Source of the DNA: Candidatus Zixiibacteriota bacterium
GTDB taxonomy: Bacteria > Zixibacteria > MSB-5A5 > GN15 > JAAZOE01
Direction of reading: 5' to 3'
Length of the DNA: 64,000 nucleotides
Assembly: GCA_036480375.1 (NCBI GenBank)
Contig: JAZGGI010000008.1
Location: 3,835-67,834, forward strand
Shown: positions 36,242 to 45,578 of the stretch, in pieces
How positions within the stretch are numbered: the first letter of the stretch is position 1
Layout of the letters: each line of letters opens with the position of its first letter
Notes under the pieces: model-generated
The model's database searches: none
What the model saw: the letters and a program-made list of their open reading frames with translations, nothing else
Told to the model about the DNA's origin: nothing
Position numbers and translations under genes: made by a program

Positions 36242-36673
36242 TCAGTCTAATTTCAGGGCTTGAGGTTTTTGTGCCCGGTGAGGATGAAAATCATCGGCAT
36301 AAACATGAAGCTTTTTGAATACTTTTCGTCCCAGGCGATTATGCGGAATCATACCCTTAATCGCGTTTTCAATGACTTTTTCCGGATGCTTTTCGATCAT
36401 CTGACCATAAGTACGAGTCCGTAATCCTCCCGGGTAACCGGAATGACGATAATACTTCTTGGATTCGGCTTTGCGTCCGGTAACGGTCACATGGCGGGCG
36501 TTAATGACGATAACATTATCTCCACAATCGAGATGCGGTGAAAAATACGGCTTGTTCTTGCCGCGTAAAATATCAGCGATTTTTACAGCGGCCCGACCCA
36601 ACACAGCTCCCTTGAGGTCGGCCACATACCATTTTCGATCAATGTCGGTCGCCTTGGGTATAAATGTTTTCAT
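36242..36673 (-). CDS. rplM: 50S ribosomal protein L13
   Basis: It has DRKWYVADLKGAVLGR and YYRHSGYPGG. The start is at ATG 36673 (MKTFIPK...). Confidence 0.95.
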   Translation of the reverse strand: MKTFIPKATDIDRKWYVADLKGAVLGRAAVKIADILRGKNKPYFSPHLDCGDNVIVINARHVTVTGRKAESKKYYRHSGYPGGLRTRTYGQMIEKHPEKVIENAIKGMIPHNRLGRKVFKKLHVYADDFHPHRAQKPQALKLD

Positions 36674-36716
36674 TTCCAACTCCAAAATATAAATCCGCTA
36701 AATAACAGAGCCTGAA

Positions 36717-36744
36717 AATATAAGCCAAAATATCCTACTGTCAA
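36717..36744 (-). promoter_or_regulatory. Candidate promoter of rplM-rpsI
   Basis: The minus strand reads TTGACA, a 16-nt spacer, then TATATT, about 45 nt upstream of the rplM ATG. Confidence 0.4.
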
Positions 36745-36841
36745 GTCCTTAATTATAAAAAATTCCCGCCTTGATCCTGTCCCCGTTCTTATCGGTTGAT
36801 TTACGCAACCGGTTTAGTCACAACAAATTCAGAATCAAATA

Positions 36842-36869
36842 AAAACCCCGCTTCAAAGCGGGGTTTTTC
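36842..36869. terminator. Intrinsic terminator after pepA (bidirectional shape)
   Basis: A perfect 8-bp stem AACCCCGC/GCGGGGTT with a 6-nt loop is flanked by A and T runs on both sides. Confidence 0.7.
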
Positions 36870-36880
36870 TTAGATATTTC

Positions 36881-38362
36881 TCAACTAACTTTTTTCCAAC
36901 GCATCAGTAATTCCAAAAGCAATCTTACGCCAAACCCCGTCGCTCCTTTGGGAATATAAGGCAATCCCTTCGGCTCCAGATCGACGTAAGCGATATCAAT
37001 ATGCGCCCATGGCCTGTCCTTTACGAATTTCTTCAGAAACGCCGCGGCCTTCAAAGTGCCGGCGTCAGCCCCGCCGGAATTTTTTAAATCCGCGATATCC
37101 GATTTCATGGCGTCTTCGAAATCTTTCCAGATCGGAAGATCCCAGACTCTCTCCCCGGTCGCGAATGACGCCGCATGAATATTGTCAATTAGCTTTTTGT
37201 TATTTCCCGCGAATACCGCCCCGGTATAGCCCAGAATATATTTTGTTCCGCCGGTTAACGTCGCGATATCAATAATCGCCTGCGGATCGAATATCTCCGC
37301 ATAATCCAATGCGTCTGCCAAAATCATCCGACCCTCTGCGTCGGTGCTGATTATTTCAATGGAATGACCCGCCCGCGAAATAACAACATCGCCGGGACGG
37401 CTGGCTTTGCCCGACGGCATATTTTCCACCAACGGCATCAGAGCGATCAAATTAATTTTGGCGTTTAACCGGGCGGCGGCGGTAATCACATTTAGAACCA
37501 CCGCCGATCCCGTCATATCATTTTTCATATCAACCATACCCGCCGGTGTTTTCAACGACAATCCGCCCGAATCAAATGTCACGCCTTTGCCGATTATCAC
37601 AACCGGCTTCCCTTTGGGCTTGCCATTATACTCGAGAATTACAAAACGGGGCGGATTGTCCGAACCCTTGCTAACCGATAATAGCGCCCCCATTTTTTCT
37701 TTCTTGATTTCCGATGGACTTAAGATTTTGCATTTGAACTTATATTTCTTCGCCAGCCGAGCCGCCTCTTTGGCGTAGGCCTCGGGATATAGATTATTGC
37801 CCGGTATATTAACCAAATCACGGCAATGTGTCACCGCTTCAGAGATTATCTCCCCTCGCGCCAAACCGACTTCAGCTTGACGAAGTTTACCCCGCTGAGG
37901 AATAACAACCGACATCGATTTGATTATCTCTTTTTTATCCGTCTTATAATTCTCGTAATGATAACTCCCGAGCACAAATCCCTCGACAATTGCCGATGTA
38001 ATGGGGTTGGTATCGGGACCATCATAATAAAACGAAACGCCCTCTATCTTATGTGATCGCGCCATCTTTCCGACAATCCCGGCCGCCTTACGATAAGAAT
38101 CAAATGTTATCGATTTCTTCTCACCCAATCCGGCCAAAATAAACCGCCCCGCCATCGTTTCGGTGACCTGATGGATCATTACAGATTTCGCTTCAGATCC
38201 ATCAAATTCGCCGGATGCGAACATCTCACCGACCGTGCCGCCTGTAAGAATATCGATTTTTTCAATTACATCGCCTTTGGGGATATCATTTTTATAGCAG
38301 AATATCGCAACCGCCTTATCGGCAATGTCAAATACGTCAGATACATGACTGGAAAGTTTCAT
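36881..38362 (-). CDS. pepA: Leucyl aminopeptidase (M17)
   Basis: It has GKGVTFDSGGLSLK, MKNDMTGSA, STDAEGRMILADAL and DIATLTG. Confidence 0.9.
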   Translation of the reverse strand: MKLSSHVSDVFDIADKAVAIFCYKNDIPKGDVIEKIDILTGGTVGEMFASGEFDGSEAKSVMIHQVTETMAGRFILAGLGEKKSITFDSYRKAAGIVGKMARSHKIEGVSFYYDGPDTNPITSAIVEGFVLGSYHYENYKTDKKEIIKSMSVVIPQRGKLRQAEVGLARGEIISEAVTHCRDLVNIPGNNLYPEAYAKEAARLAKKYKFKCKILSPSEIKKEKMGALLSVSKGSDNPPRFVILEYNGKPKGKPVVIIGKGVTFDSGGLSLKTPAGMVDMKNDMTGSAVVLNVITAAARLNAKINLIALMPLVENMPSGKASRPGDVVISRAGHSIEIISTDAEGRMILADALDYAEIFDPQAIIDIATLTGGTKYILGYTGAVFAGNNKKLIDNIHAASFATGERVWDLPIWKDFEDAMKSDIADLKNSGGADAGTLKAAAFLKKFVKDRPWAHIDIAYVDLEPKGLPYIPKGATGFGVRLLLELLMRWKKVS

Positions 38363-38500
38363 AATTTACCTCAGAGCTTATTTTTTAAATTTCGAATTAC
38401 TCAAAATGTACAAAATTAATAAGGCTCGACCAACAAATTTCATCAACAATACATACTATGAAATGATTATAATCTATTTAGCGTTTGGATATAGTAATCT

Positions 38501-39697
38501 TTAAAAATCGGTGTTTAAATAGCTCTCGTAATTGGTCTCAATTTCCGCCAGATTATCGCCCCCGAACTTATCGAGAAACGCATCGGCGAGTACCATCGCG
38601 ACCATAGCCTCGCCGACAATCGCCGCGGCCGGGACGACACAAATATCGGATCGCTCAACAATCGCTTCTCTGGCTTCTTTGCAAATAATATCTACCGTAT
38701 CAAGCGGTCGCATCAGGGTCGATATCGGCTTGCATGCTCCTCGAACAATGAGCTCGCTTCCATTAGTCAATCCCCCCTCAATTCCTCCAGCCCGATTTGT
38801 CTTTCTATAAAAACCTTTCGATTTTGGATGCTTGTCCGGAGAATCATAATATATGATGTCATGTACTTTCGAGCCGAATCTCCCTGCGTTGGAAAATCCC
38901 TTGCCGATCTCCACTCCTTTGACCGATTGAATTGACATTATCGTTGCCGCTAATTGACTGTCTATTTTTTGATACCACTGGGCATTGTTACCCAAACCGG
39001 TCGGAAGACCGCATACTCTCACCTCAAATACTCCACCCAGAGTATCACGATTTTTCATTGCCTGCTTAATCACAGCGATCATTTTTTTCTCGGCGACGGT
39101 ATCGACGCATCTCACCGGTGAGGCGTCCGACCAGCCGGATATTAAATCAAAATCAATCTTTTTGCCGCTTATTTTTGCCTTACCAATCGAAATAACATGG
39201 GACGCGATATTAATGTCAAAATATTCAAGCAACTGTCGGGCGATCGCGCCGCAAGCCACCCGCGCCGCGGTTTCCCTCGCCGAGGCCCGCTCAAGAACAT
39301 TTCTGAGATCATGCTGATTGTATTTAATCGCCCCGGCCAAATCAATATGCCCCGGACGCGGAGCGGTCACATCATATGCCCGCTTCTTTTGCATTGGCGA
39401 AAGATTTCGGCCGATTGATCTCATTGGATCCATTATTTTTTTCCAATTCGACCAATCCTTATTCGATATCTCGAGAGTGATGGGCGATCCCAGCGTTTTC
39501 CCATGTCGTAAACCGCTAAGAATATTTACCTTGTCTTTTTCAATTTTCATCCGGCCGCCCCGACCATAGCCTTGCTGTCGGCGGCCTAATTGCTCATTAA
39601 TCTTTTTTAATGATATCGGTATACCGGCCGGAAACGATTCGACCAATCCTATTATCCCCCGGCCATGGGATTCACCGGCTGTTAAATAACGGGGCAT
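38501..39697 (-). CDS. aroC: Chorismate synthase
   Basis: It begins MPRYLTAGESHGRG and has RRQQGYGRGGRMKIE and SARETAARVA. Confidence 0.95.
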   Translation of the reverse strand: MPRYLTAGESHGRGIIGLVESFPAGIPISLKKINEQLGRRQQGYGRGGRMKIEKDKVNILSGLRHGKTLGSPITLEISNKDWSNWKKIMDPMRSIGRNLSPMQKKRAYDVTAPRPGHIDLAGAIKYNQHDLRNVLERASARETAARVACGAIARQLLEYFDINIASHVISIGKAKISGKKIDFDLISGWSDASPVRCVDTVAEKKMIAVIKQAMKNRDTLGGVFEVRVCGLPTGLGNNAQWYQKIDSQLAATIMSIQSVKGVEIGKGFSNAGRFGSKVHDIIYYDSPDKHPKSKGFYRKTNRAGGIEGGLTNGSELIVRGACKPISTLMRPLDTVDIICKEAREAIVERSDICVVPAAAIVGEAMVAMVLADAFLDKFGGDNLAEIETNYESYLNTDF

Positions 39698-39752
39698 TTG
39701 TCCTCCTGATTATACCCCCAAAATATATTGGTATTATGAGAAAAGGGCAATA

Positions 39753-41081
39753 TTATTTATCGGGTTGCGCTTCCTGAACGGGTAAAAGAACCTCGCCGCT
39801 GTTTTCAAGCTCTTTCAGACGAGACTGAACCCGGTCATCAATACAAATCGCGTTGGACTCCGAATACTTCTCAATTTCTTCAAGATTTGTCAAATCTCGA
39901 AGCTCAAGAATCACGGCCATAATCTTTTTTAATGATTTCTCGACGACTTCAAGGATGTTGTCGAGACGATCATCCTTGTCAATTATTCTCTCTCGGTCTC
40001 TGAGCATCTTCAATAACTGCGCCCGACCGGAGATAGCCATCGCAGCATTGTTAATATAATGAGACAATGTCGCGATAGCGACATTTTTGGTCTCCATGAC
40101 CGCCGCCCGTCGCTCCTCTATCAGGATGCGTTGTGATAAATCCTGTCTCTCGCGGAATAAATGCTCAATGGTAATAAACGAGTTAAACAATTCTCGATTG
40201 GCCCGGGCCAACAGCTCGCTGGGATCGCCGATATCGATTCCAAAACTATCCGCAATGGTGATAATTTCATTGGGTAAATTTCTCGTGACTGTCTCAATAT
40301 CATTGTGATTTATATTTAATAGGTTAATCAATTGGCCTATTGATGCCATCCGCTTTTCAATCTTGATAGGTGTATCATCGCTTGAATAAGGATGCAGTAA
40401 ATCCGCCAGTTGTATAATCTGCATAGTCTGGTTTTCCGCGATATTCGGAGCCGAATTATGATGACCACCGATAGTATCTTTCAGTATTGCCGGAAAACCC
40501 CACTTTTCAGCCAGCATCTGTCCGATTGCAGCATGATCGATTCCCAGAATTTTTTGCTCAGCCTCAAAACGTGATGGAAATTCAGAGAGTCTTTCCTCAA
40601 CCTGCATATAATCTTGTGGAAAATGACGGATAAAGAATAGCTGTCCGATATCATGCAATAAACCGGCGATAAATAATTCCTCCGATTGATTGTGTCCCAG
40701 AAAATCAGCCAGGTTTTTACTTACCAAGGCAACTCCGATAAAATGAGTAAACATTCCCTTTATATCGAGATTATAATCCGATTCAAGTTTCTGTACCTGG
40801 AATACCGAAGCCGACAATACCAGGCACTTTATCTGGGTCGCCCCGAGCATCATTACCGCCTGATGCAGCGTTGATATTTCCGAGCGATGGCCATAAAAAG
40901 AAGAATTGGCCATCTTCAATATCCGACTGGTCAAACCGGGATCATTCATAACCACTTTAATCAAATCTTCAATGGAATAATCATCCGAACCTACCAACGT
41001 GAGCATCTGGGACAGACTTTGCGGCATTGAAAGAAGAGAATCATCTCGTTGAATCTTGTCAATATATTTTAATTCGTTCAT
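39753..41081 (-). CDS. HDOD-domain signalling protein with a C-terminal DHp-like (H-box) helix and no ATPase domain
   Basis: The HDOD region has LLHDIGQLFF and HHN. The C-terminal TLSHYINNAAMAISGRAQLL aligns by eye with the HisKA H-box pattern (xAHEIxNPLxxIxGxxxLL). Only ~90 aa follow it. Confidence 0.75.
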   Translation of the reverse strand: MNELKYIDKIQRDDSLLSMPQSLSQMLTLVGSDDYSIEDLIKVVMNDPGLTSRILKMANSSFYGHRSEISTLHQAVMMLGATQIKCLVLSASVFQVQKLESDYNLDIKGMFTHFIGVALVSKNLADFLGHNQSEELFIAGLLHDIGQLFFIRHFPQDYMQVEERLSEFPSRFEAEQKILGIDHAAIGQMLAEKWGFPAILKDTIGGHHNSAPNIAENQTMQIIQLADLLHPYSSDDTPIKIEKRMASIGQLINLLNINHNDIETVTRNLPNEIITIADSFGIDIGDPSELLARANRELFNSFITIEHLFRERQDLSQRILIEERRAAVMETKNVAIATLSHYINNAAMAISGRAQLLKMLRDRERIIDKDDRLDNILEVVEKSLKKIMAVILELRDLTNLEEIEKYSESNAICIDDRVQSRLKELENSGEVLLPVQEAQPDK

Positions 41082-41158
41082 CCTGTAATTCCTTTAAATG
41101 TTCGCCCCTCACTTCTATTGTCGGCAAACGAAAAAAGATATTTATTGCGGGATTATTT

Positions 41159-44110
41159 TTAGTAGGAATTATGCTTTTGGCGGGCTTGACTGATGACTTC
41201 GGTAAGTTGTTCGATTTTAAACGGCTTAGCCAGCGTAAAATCAACACCGGCCCGACTGGTCTGCTCTTCAGTAAGGTTTAAGCCCCAGCCCGTCATCATT
41301 ACAACCGGAGTCGAAGGGGAGTGCTTTTTAACTTCCCGGGCTACATCCCAGCCCGATATATCCCCCATTACCAGATCGACCATGACGATATCATATTTAT
41401 TGCTGCGGATAAGGATCATCCCTTCCGCAGGAGATTTTACTGCCGTCAGGCGAAACCCCAGCGATTGACAAATTCCGGATAATAAATCCAGGATCATTTG
41501 CTGATCATCGACAGCAAGAATAGTCAGAGCATTGCTGTCACTTGAAGACGTCGAAATTATCTCACTCGAATCAACTCGATTCGGAAACTTAAATGAAACA
41601 TAAGTAGGCTGGCGGCCGAATCGATCAAAGGAGACCTGAGCGTTAAGATTTATAAATTTGCCGATCATTTCAGCGGAAATAAATTCTTTGGGCAATACAT
41701 CCGGTTCGCCATAATCATAATCAGAAGGTTTAAAATCTCTAGTATATTCCCTCGACCCACGAATAATATTAAAATAAAAGGCGTCATCAGCGGTTACCGA
41801 TTTAAGTAAGACCTGTTCCCCGTCCCCGATGAAATTGACGAATTGCTTCAATATGCTTTCAATTAATGAAATCAGGTTATCGTTGCCAATGGCGAATCTC
41901 GCCGCCTTGTCAATATCTTTCTCAAGTACCAGGGTACGATTATCATCGAACATATATAGATTCGCCGTAATGTGCCGAGGACTTAGATATTCATCAATCG
42001 CCAAAGTTAAATCATCGGCTTGCCCATCAGGGGCATTCTGCTTGTCGATTATAGATTTTTGCAGCCTTTTGATCGATTCTGCGGCCGATTCGGAGGCTTT
42101 CAATATTTCACCGGCCGTGTAGCGTGTCGGCCCGTGAATATCGGCCTTACGTGACAACAATTGGGCCCGACCGGTAATCGTCGCCAGGTAATTATTTATT
42201 CTATTTAAGACGGCGCTGTCGCCGGCTTTGATGGAACCATTCTGGCTCATGAAAATCTGATTATCCATTTCCGTCGTGGTTAGTTTTATTGATAGCAATT
42301 GAGCCGATAATAACAGGAGTCCTTTTTCCTTGCGCACAGATAACGATGACTGATTAAAATCAAAAATAGATACTATTGCGGTAACCGCGTCCATTACCAC
42401 GACCGGAATATTTATCTGAAATTTCGGAACGCCCCTCTCCCCGCAGAGCTTAATCAAAAAATCTTTATTAACCGGCTCCAATTCACCCCAGGCAATTTCG
42501 ATATCGTTAGCGGAATTGTATTCAAGAATATCGCCTGTCGCTGCCGCCTTACCCACCGGGCCTTCACCGGGGATAAAAGCCAATTCCCTCATTTCTTCGC
42601 TATAGCCGGCCTGAACCCGATACCCTCGACCGTTATCGGCAACAAATACCATGGCTGCCGCCGATTTGGGCAGGAACCGAACAATTTCCTTCAAGAATCT
42701 ATTGTAAATCTTATCCAATCCCGAATCATTTTTAATTTCGAGAATATTGATAAGGGATGTGACCGCCGTCTGACTCAAACTATCGGCGTTTTTTAACTCA
42801 ACAATATTTAATGCGATTGAAATAATGCTTATCGAAGTCTCGATCTCCTGAAGTAATGATTCATTTACCGATAGGCTGCCTCCCGAATAGTCGATCAACA
42901 GGGCATACTCGCCCCCTTTCCAGAGACTAAACGGGCAAAGCAATGTACTCCGATTTATAAAAACCGAACCATCGGGATTTCTGGCCTCCTGATTAAGGAT
43001 TATCATCTGACCGCGCCTGATAGATTCGATAACCGCGATCAGATACGATTCACTTTGCTCGGGTTTGTATGCCGATACCTGATGACTCGCCAGATTTTCA
43101 ATTTTACCTTTTGATAGCATTACTACCCGACAGGCCAGAAGATTAAATCTTTCCACCAAAAACCTACAGATATCGGAAGGTTGTTTTTGATAGTTTCCGG
43201 ATTTTGCCAGATGGTTCACATTGGCGAAAGTCTGAGAAAGCAACTCTCGTGTTGCTTCAAGTCGTCCTTTATGTTTCTGATTTTCTCGAATAAGCCGGTT
43301 TGATTCGATTTCCCGGGCGATGATTTCGGCCGCCGCGGTTAACAGCAAACGCTTCGATTTTTCAAAAAATCCGGCCCGGTTTGACAAAACCAACATGGTC
43401 CCCAGCGACTGATCCCGGGCACTCATAGGAATCGCCGCCGCCGAAAAGGTCAGTTTCCGACCCGCCAGGATCAATCTGCGGCTTGATGAGTCTGAAGTCA
43501 CCAAATCATCAGAGATGAAAGATCGTTGCTCAGATGCCGCGCGAGAAATTATATCCTGCCCCAGAGGAAATCGCTCCAGATTATGCATTTCCTCTTTGCT
43601 CAAACCGATTTGAGCCGCCAAATACATTTCCCCGCGAGCACGATTAATCAGAAAAACAGCGCCCTTTTTGACAACCAGATAACTCGCTATTTCTTTTAGG
43701 ACGAGAGCGAACTGTTCCATCATGGAGTATGGCTGCGAGGCAATATGTCTTATATTATCCAGAAGTAAATACCTGTCAACTTGACCGGTAGATTCTTTAC
43801 GGAAGATGTCAAGATGAATCGGAAAGGCATTGACGGTGGTAAGTACCAGAAAAAAGCCCAAAAGGAAAAGGGCTATCAGAGATATTTGCAGGATCGGATA
43901 TACAACCGGAATAAACCATTGAGAATAACCGGGCCAGTTTATAAGGATCGCCAGAAGAGACGTCATCATCCAGATTATCAGTCCGCTGAAGAACCGTGCT
44001 TTATTTGGAAAACTCTCCCTGTCAATACGGGATGATTTCATAGAGCTGAAAATCAGGGCAAAAAGAGTCAGTGCGAAAAACAGGATTGAGCCGATTATTT
44101 CAAAAGTCAT
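41159..44110 (-). CDS. Membrane-anchored multi-GAF protein with a degenerate kinase core and a C-terminal receiver domain
   Basis: It has N-terminal TM helices and several GAF-like blocks. The DHp-like helix VLNRINNYLATITGRAQLL has Asn where the phospho-His is expected. The receiver is ILAVDDQQMILDLL...DIVMVDLVMGDISG...TLAKPF. The start was moved to ATG 44110, which makes an ATGA overlap with the miaB stop. Confidence 0.75.
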   Translation of the reverse strand: MTFEIIGSILFFALTLFALIFSSMKSSRIDRESFPNKARFFSGLIIWMMTSLLAILINWPGYSQWFIPVVYPILQISLIALFLLGFFLVLTTVNAFPIHLDIFRKESTGQVDRYLLLDNIRHIASQPYSMMEQFALVLKEIASYLVVKKGAVFLINRARGEMYLAAQIGLSKEEMHNLERFPLGQDIISRAASEQRSFISDDLVTSDSSSRRLILAGRKLTFSAAAIPMSARDQSLGTMLVLSNRAGFFEKSKRLLLTAAAEIIAREIESNRLIRENQKHKGRLEATRELLSQTFANVNHLAKSGNYQKQPSDICRFLVERFNLLACRVVMLSKGKIENLASHQVSAYKPEQSESYLIAVIESIRRGQMIILNQEARNPDGSVFINRSTLLCPFSLWKGGEYALLIDYSGGSLSVNESLLQEIETSISIISIALNIVELKNADSLSQTAVTSLINILEIKNDSGLDKIYNRFLKEIVRFLPKSAAAMVFVADNGRGYRVQAGYSEEMRELAFIPGEGPVGKAAATGDILEYNSANDIEIAWGELEPVNKDFLIKLCGERGVPKFQINIPVVVMDAVTAIVSIFDFNQSSLSVRKEKGLLLLSAQLLSIKLTTTEMDNQIFMSQNGSIKAGDSAVLNRINNYLATITGRAQLLSRKADIHGPTRYTAGEILKASESAAESIKRLQKSIIDKQNAPDGQADDLTLAIDEYLSPRHITANLYMFDDNRTLVLEKDIDKAARFAIGNDNLISLIESILKQFVNFIGDGEQVLLKSVTADDAFYFNIIRGSREYTRDFKPSDYDYGEPDVLPKEFISAEMIGKFINLNAQVSFDRFGRQPTYVSFKFPNRVDSSEIISTSSSDSNALTILAVDDQQMILDLLSGICQSLGFRLTAVKSPAEGMILIRSNKYDIVMVDLVMGDISGWDVAREVKKHSPSTPVVMMTGWGLNLTEEQTSRAGVDFTLAKPFKIEQLTEVISQARQKHNSY

Positions 44111-45408
44111 GCCGCCAACTCCCCATGCAACGTCCAACTGTCGGCCCGATTAATACGGGAATTAACAACTTTCCCCAGCAAATCTTCCGGGCTTTTCAAC
44201 AATATCGTTTTATTCCCTTCGGTCTTACCCTTCCACACCGAAGCATCGCGGCGGCTTGTCCCGTCAATCAAAACCGAACTAATCCGACCGATTTCTTTTT
44301 GATTGACTTGATAGGAAATTTCTTTTTGTAACTCAATCAACTCTTGTAATCGTCTCAACTTCACTTCTTCGGGAACATCGTTTTTCAGGTTCTTGGCAGC
44401 CCAGGTCCCATCGCGAACCGAATACCTGAACATAAACGCCGCGTCAAAACGAATGTCGCGCACCGCCTCAAGTGTCATCCCAAATTCATCTTCAGTCTCG
44501 GTTGGAAATCCGACTATTAAATCGGTCGTTATCGCGATATTGGGACGGGCCTGTCGCAATTGGTGAATTAAACTCAGATAACGGGTGTAATCATATTTGC
44601 GAAACATCATCTCAAGAATTCTATCCGACCCGCTCTGAAGAGGCAAATGAAAATGACCCATAAGCTTCGGTTCGCTCGAGAACAGGTCAATTAAATCATC
44701 CGAGAGGTCTTTGGGATGCGAAGTAATAAAACGGATTCGATTGATATCAGTTTCGGCAACTACCTTCTTCAACAATCCCGGAAACTTCAAGTGTGCCGAA
44801 TTATATGAATTAACGTTCTGTCCCACCAGCGTGATTTCCACAATACCTCTGCCATATAAATCGTTAATATCATCAATAATCGCGCCCGGCTCCCGGTGAC
44901 GTTCCGGGCCTCTCAAGTAGGGAACAATGCAGTAGGCGCAGTAATTATCACATCCGCGTGATATCGTAACATGGGCTGAATATGAGTTGTCAGGCGCCGG
45001 AGAAAATTCTGCCCAGTCCAAATTTTTAGTCATGCGGGTATCGACTACAGGTTCTATCGATTCTTTATTCAGTAGTCGGGGCAAATCAAATAAGCGTTCC
45101 GTCCCCAGGATAAAATCTATCTTGGGAATACGTTCAAGAATTTTCTCGCCCATTCTCTGAGCCATACATCCAACGGCGCATATACGGCTATCGCCAGTTT
45201 TCTTGATTCGCGCCAGTTCCGTCAATCGCCCCAGAGCTCGTTCTTCAGCCTTCTCCCTGACCGAGCAGGTATTAATAATAATCACGCCCGCTTCCTCGGG
45301 ATTAGAAACCGAAACGAATCCGGCATCATCCATCGCCGCTGATAAAATTCCCGAATCGGCGAGGTTCATCTGACATCCATAGCTATGTAAGTAGTAAGTC
45401 TTCTGCAT
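44107..45408 (-). CDS. miaB: tRNA-i6A37 methylthiotransferase MiaB (radical SAM)
   Basis: It has the N-terminal SYGCQMN, the radical-SAM CDNYCAYC and a C-terminal TRAM-like domain. Confidence 0.9.
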   Translation of the reverse strand: MQKTYYLHSYGCQMNLADSGILSAAMDDAGFVSVSNPEEAGVIIINTCSVREKAEERALGRLTELARIKKTGDSRICAVGCMAQRMGEKILERIPKIDFILGTERLFDLPRLLNKESIEPVVDTRMTKNLDWAEFSPAPDNSYSAHVTISRGCDNYCAYCIVPYLRGPERHREPGAIIDDINDLYGRGIVEITLVGQNVNSYNSAHLKFPGLLKKVVAETDINRIRFITSHPKDLSDDLIDLFSSEPKLMGHFHLPLQSGSDRILEMMFRKYDYTRYLSLIHQLRQARPNIAITTDLIVGFPTETEDEFGMTLEAVRDIRFDAAFMFRYSVRDGTWAAKNLKNDVPEEVKLRRLQELIELQKEISYQVNQKEIGRISSVLIDGTSRRDASVWKGKTEGNKTILLKSPEDLLGKVVNSRINRADSWTLHGELAA

Positions 45409-45578
45409 TTTTCAGCCCGGACAAGGTGAAGTATCGGCTGTTATCTACGCTGTATATTCTGCAATATATCTACGAAATTCGGCCAAAGTCAACAAATAAC
45501 CCGAGAACAGAGCATTAAAATACCCCGGTGGAATCCATCCGGGCCATATCTTTTCGGGGTGTTTCTTATCTATGATAT

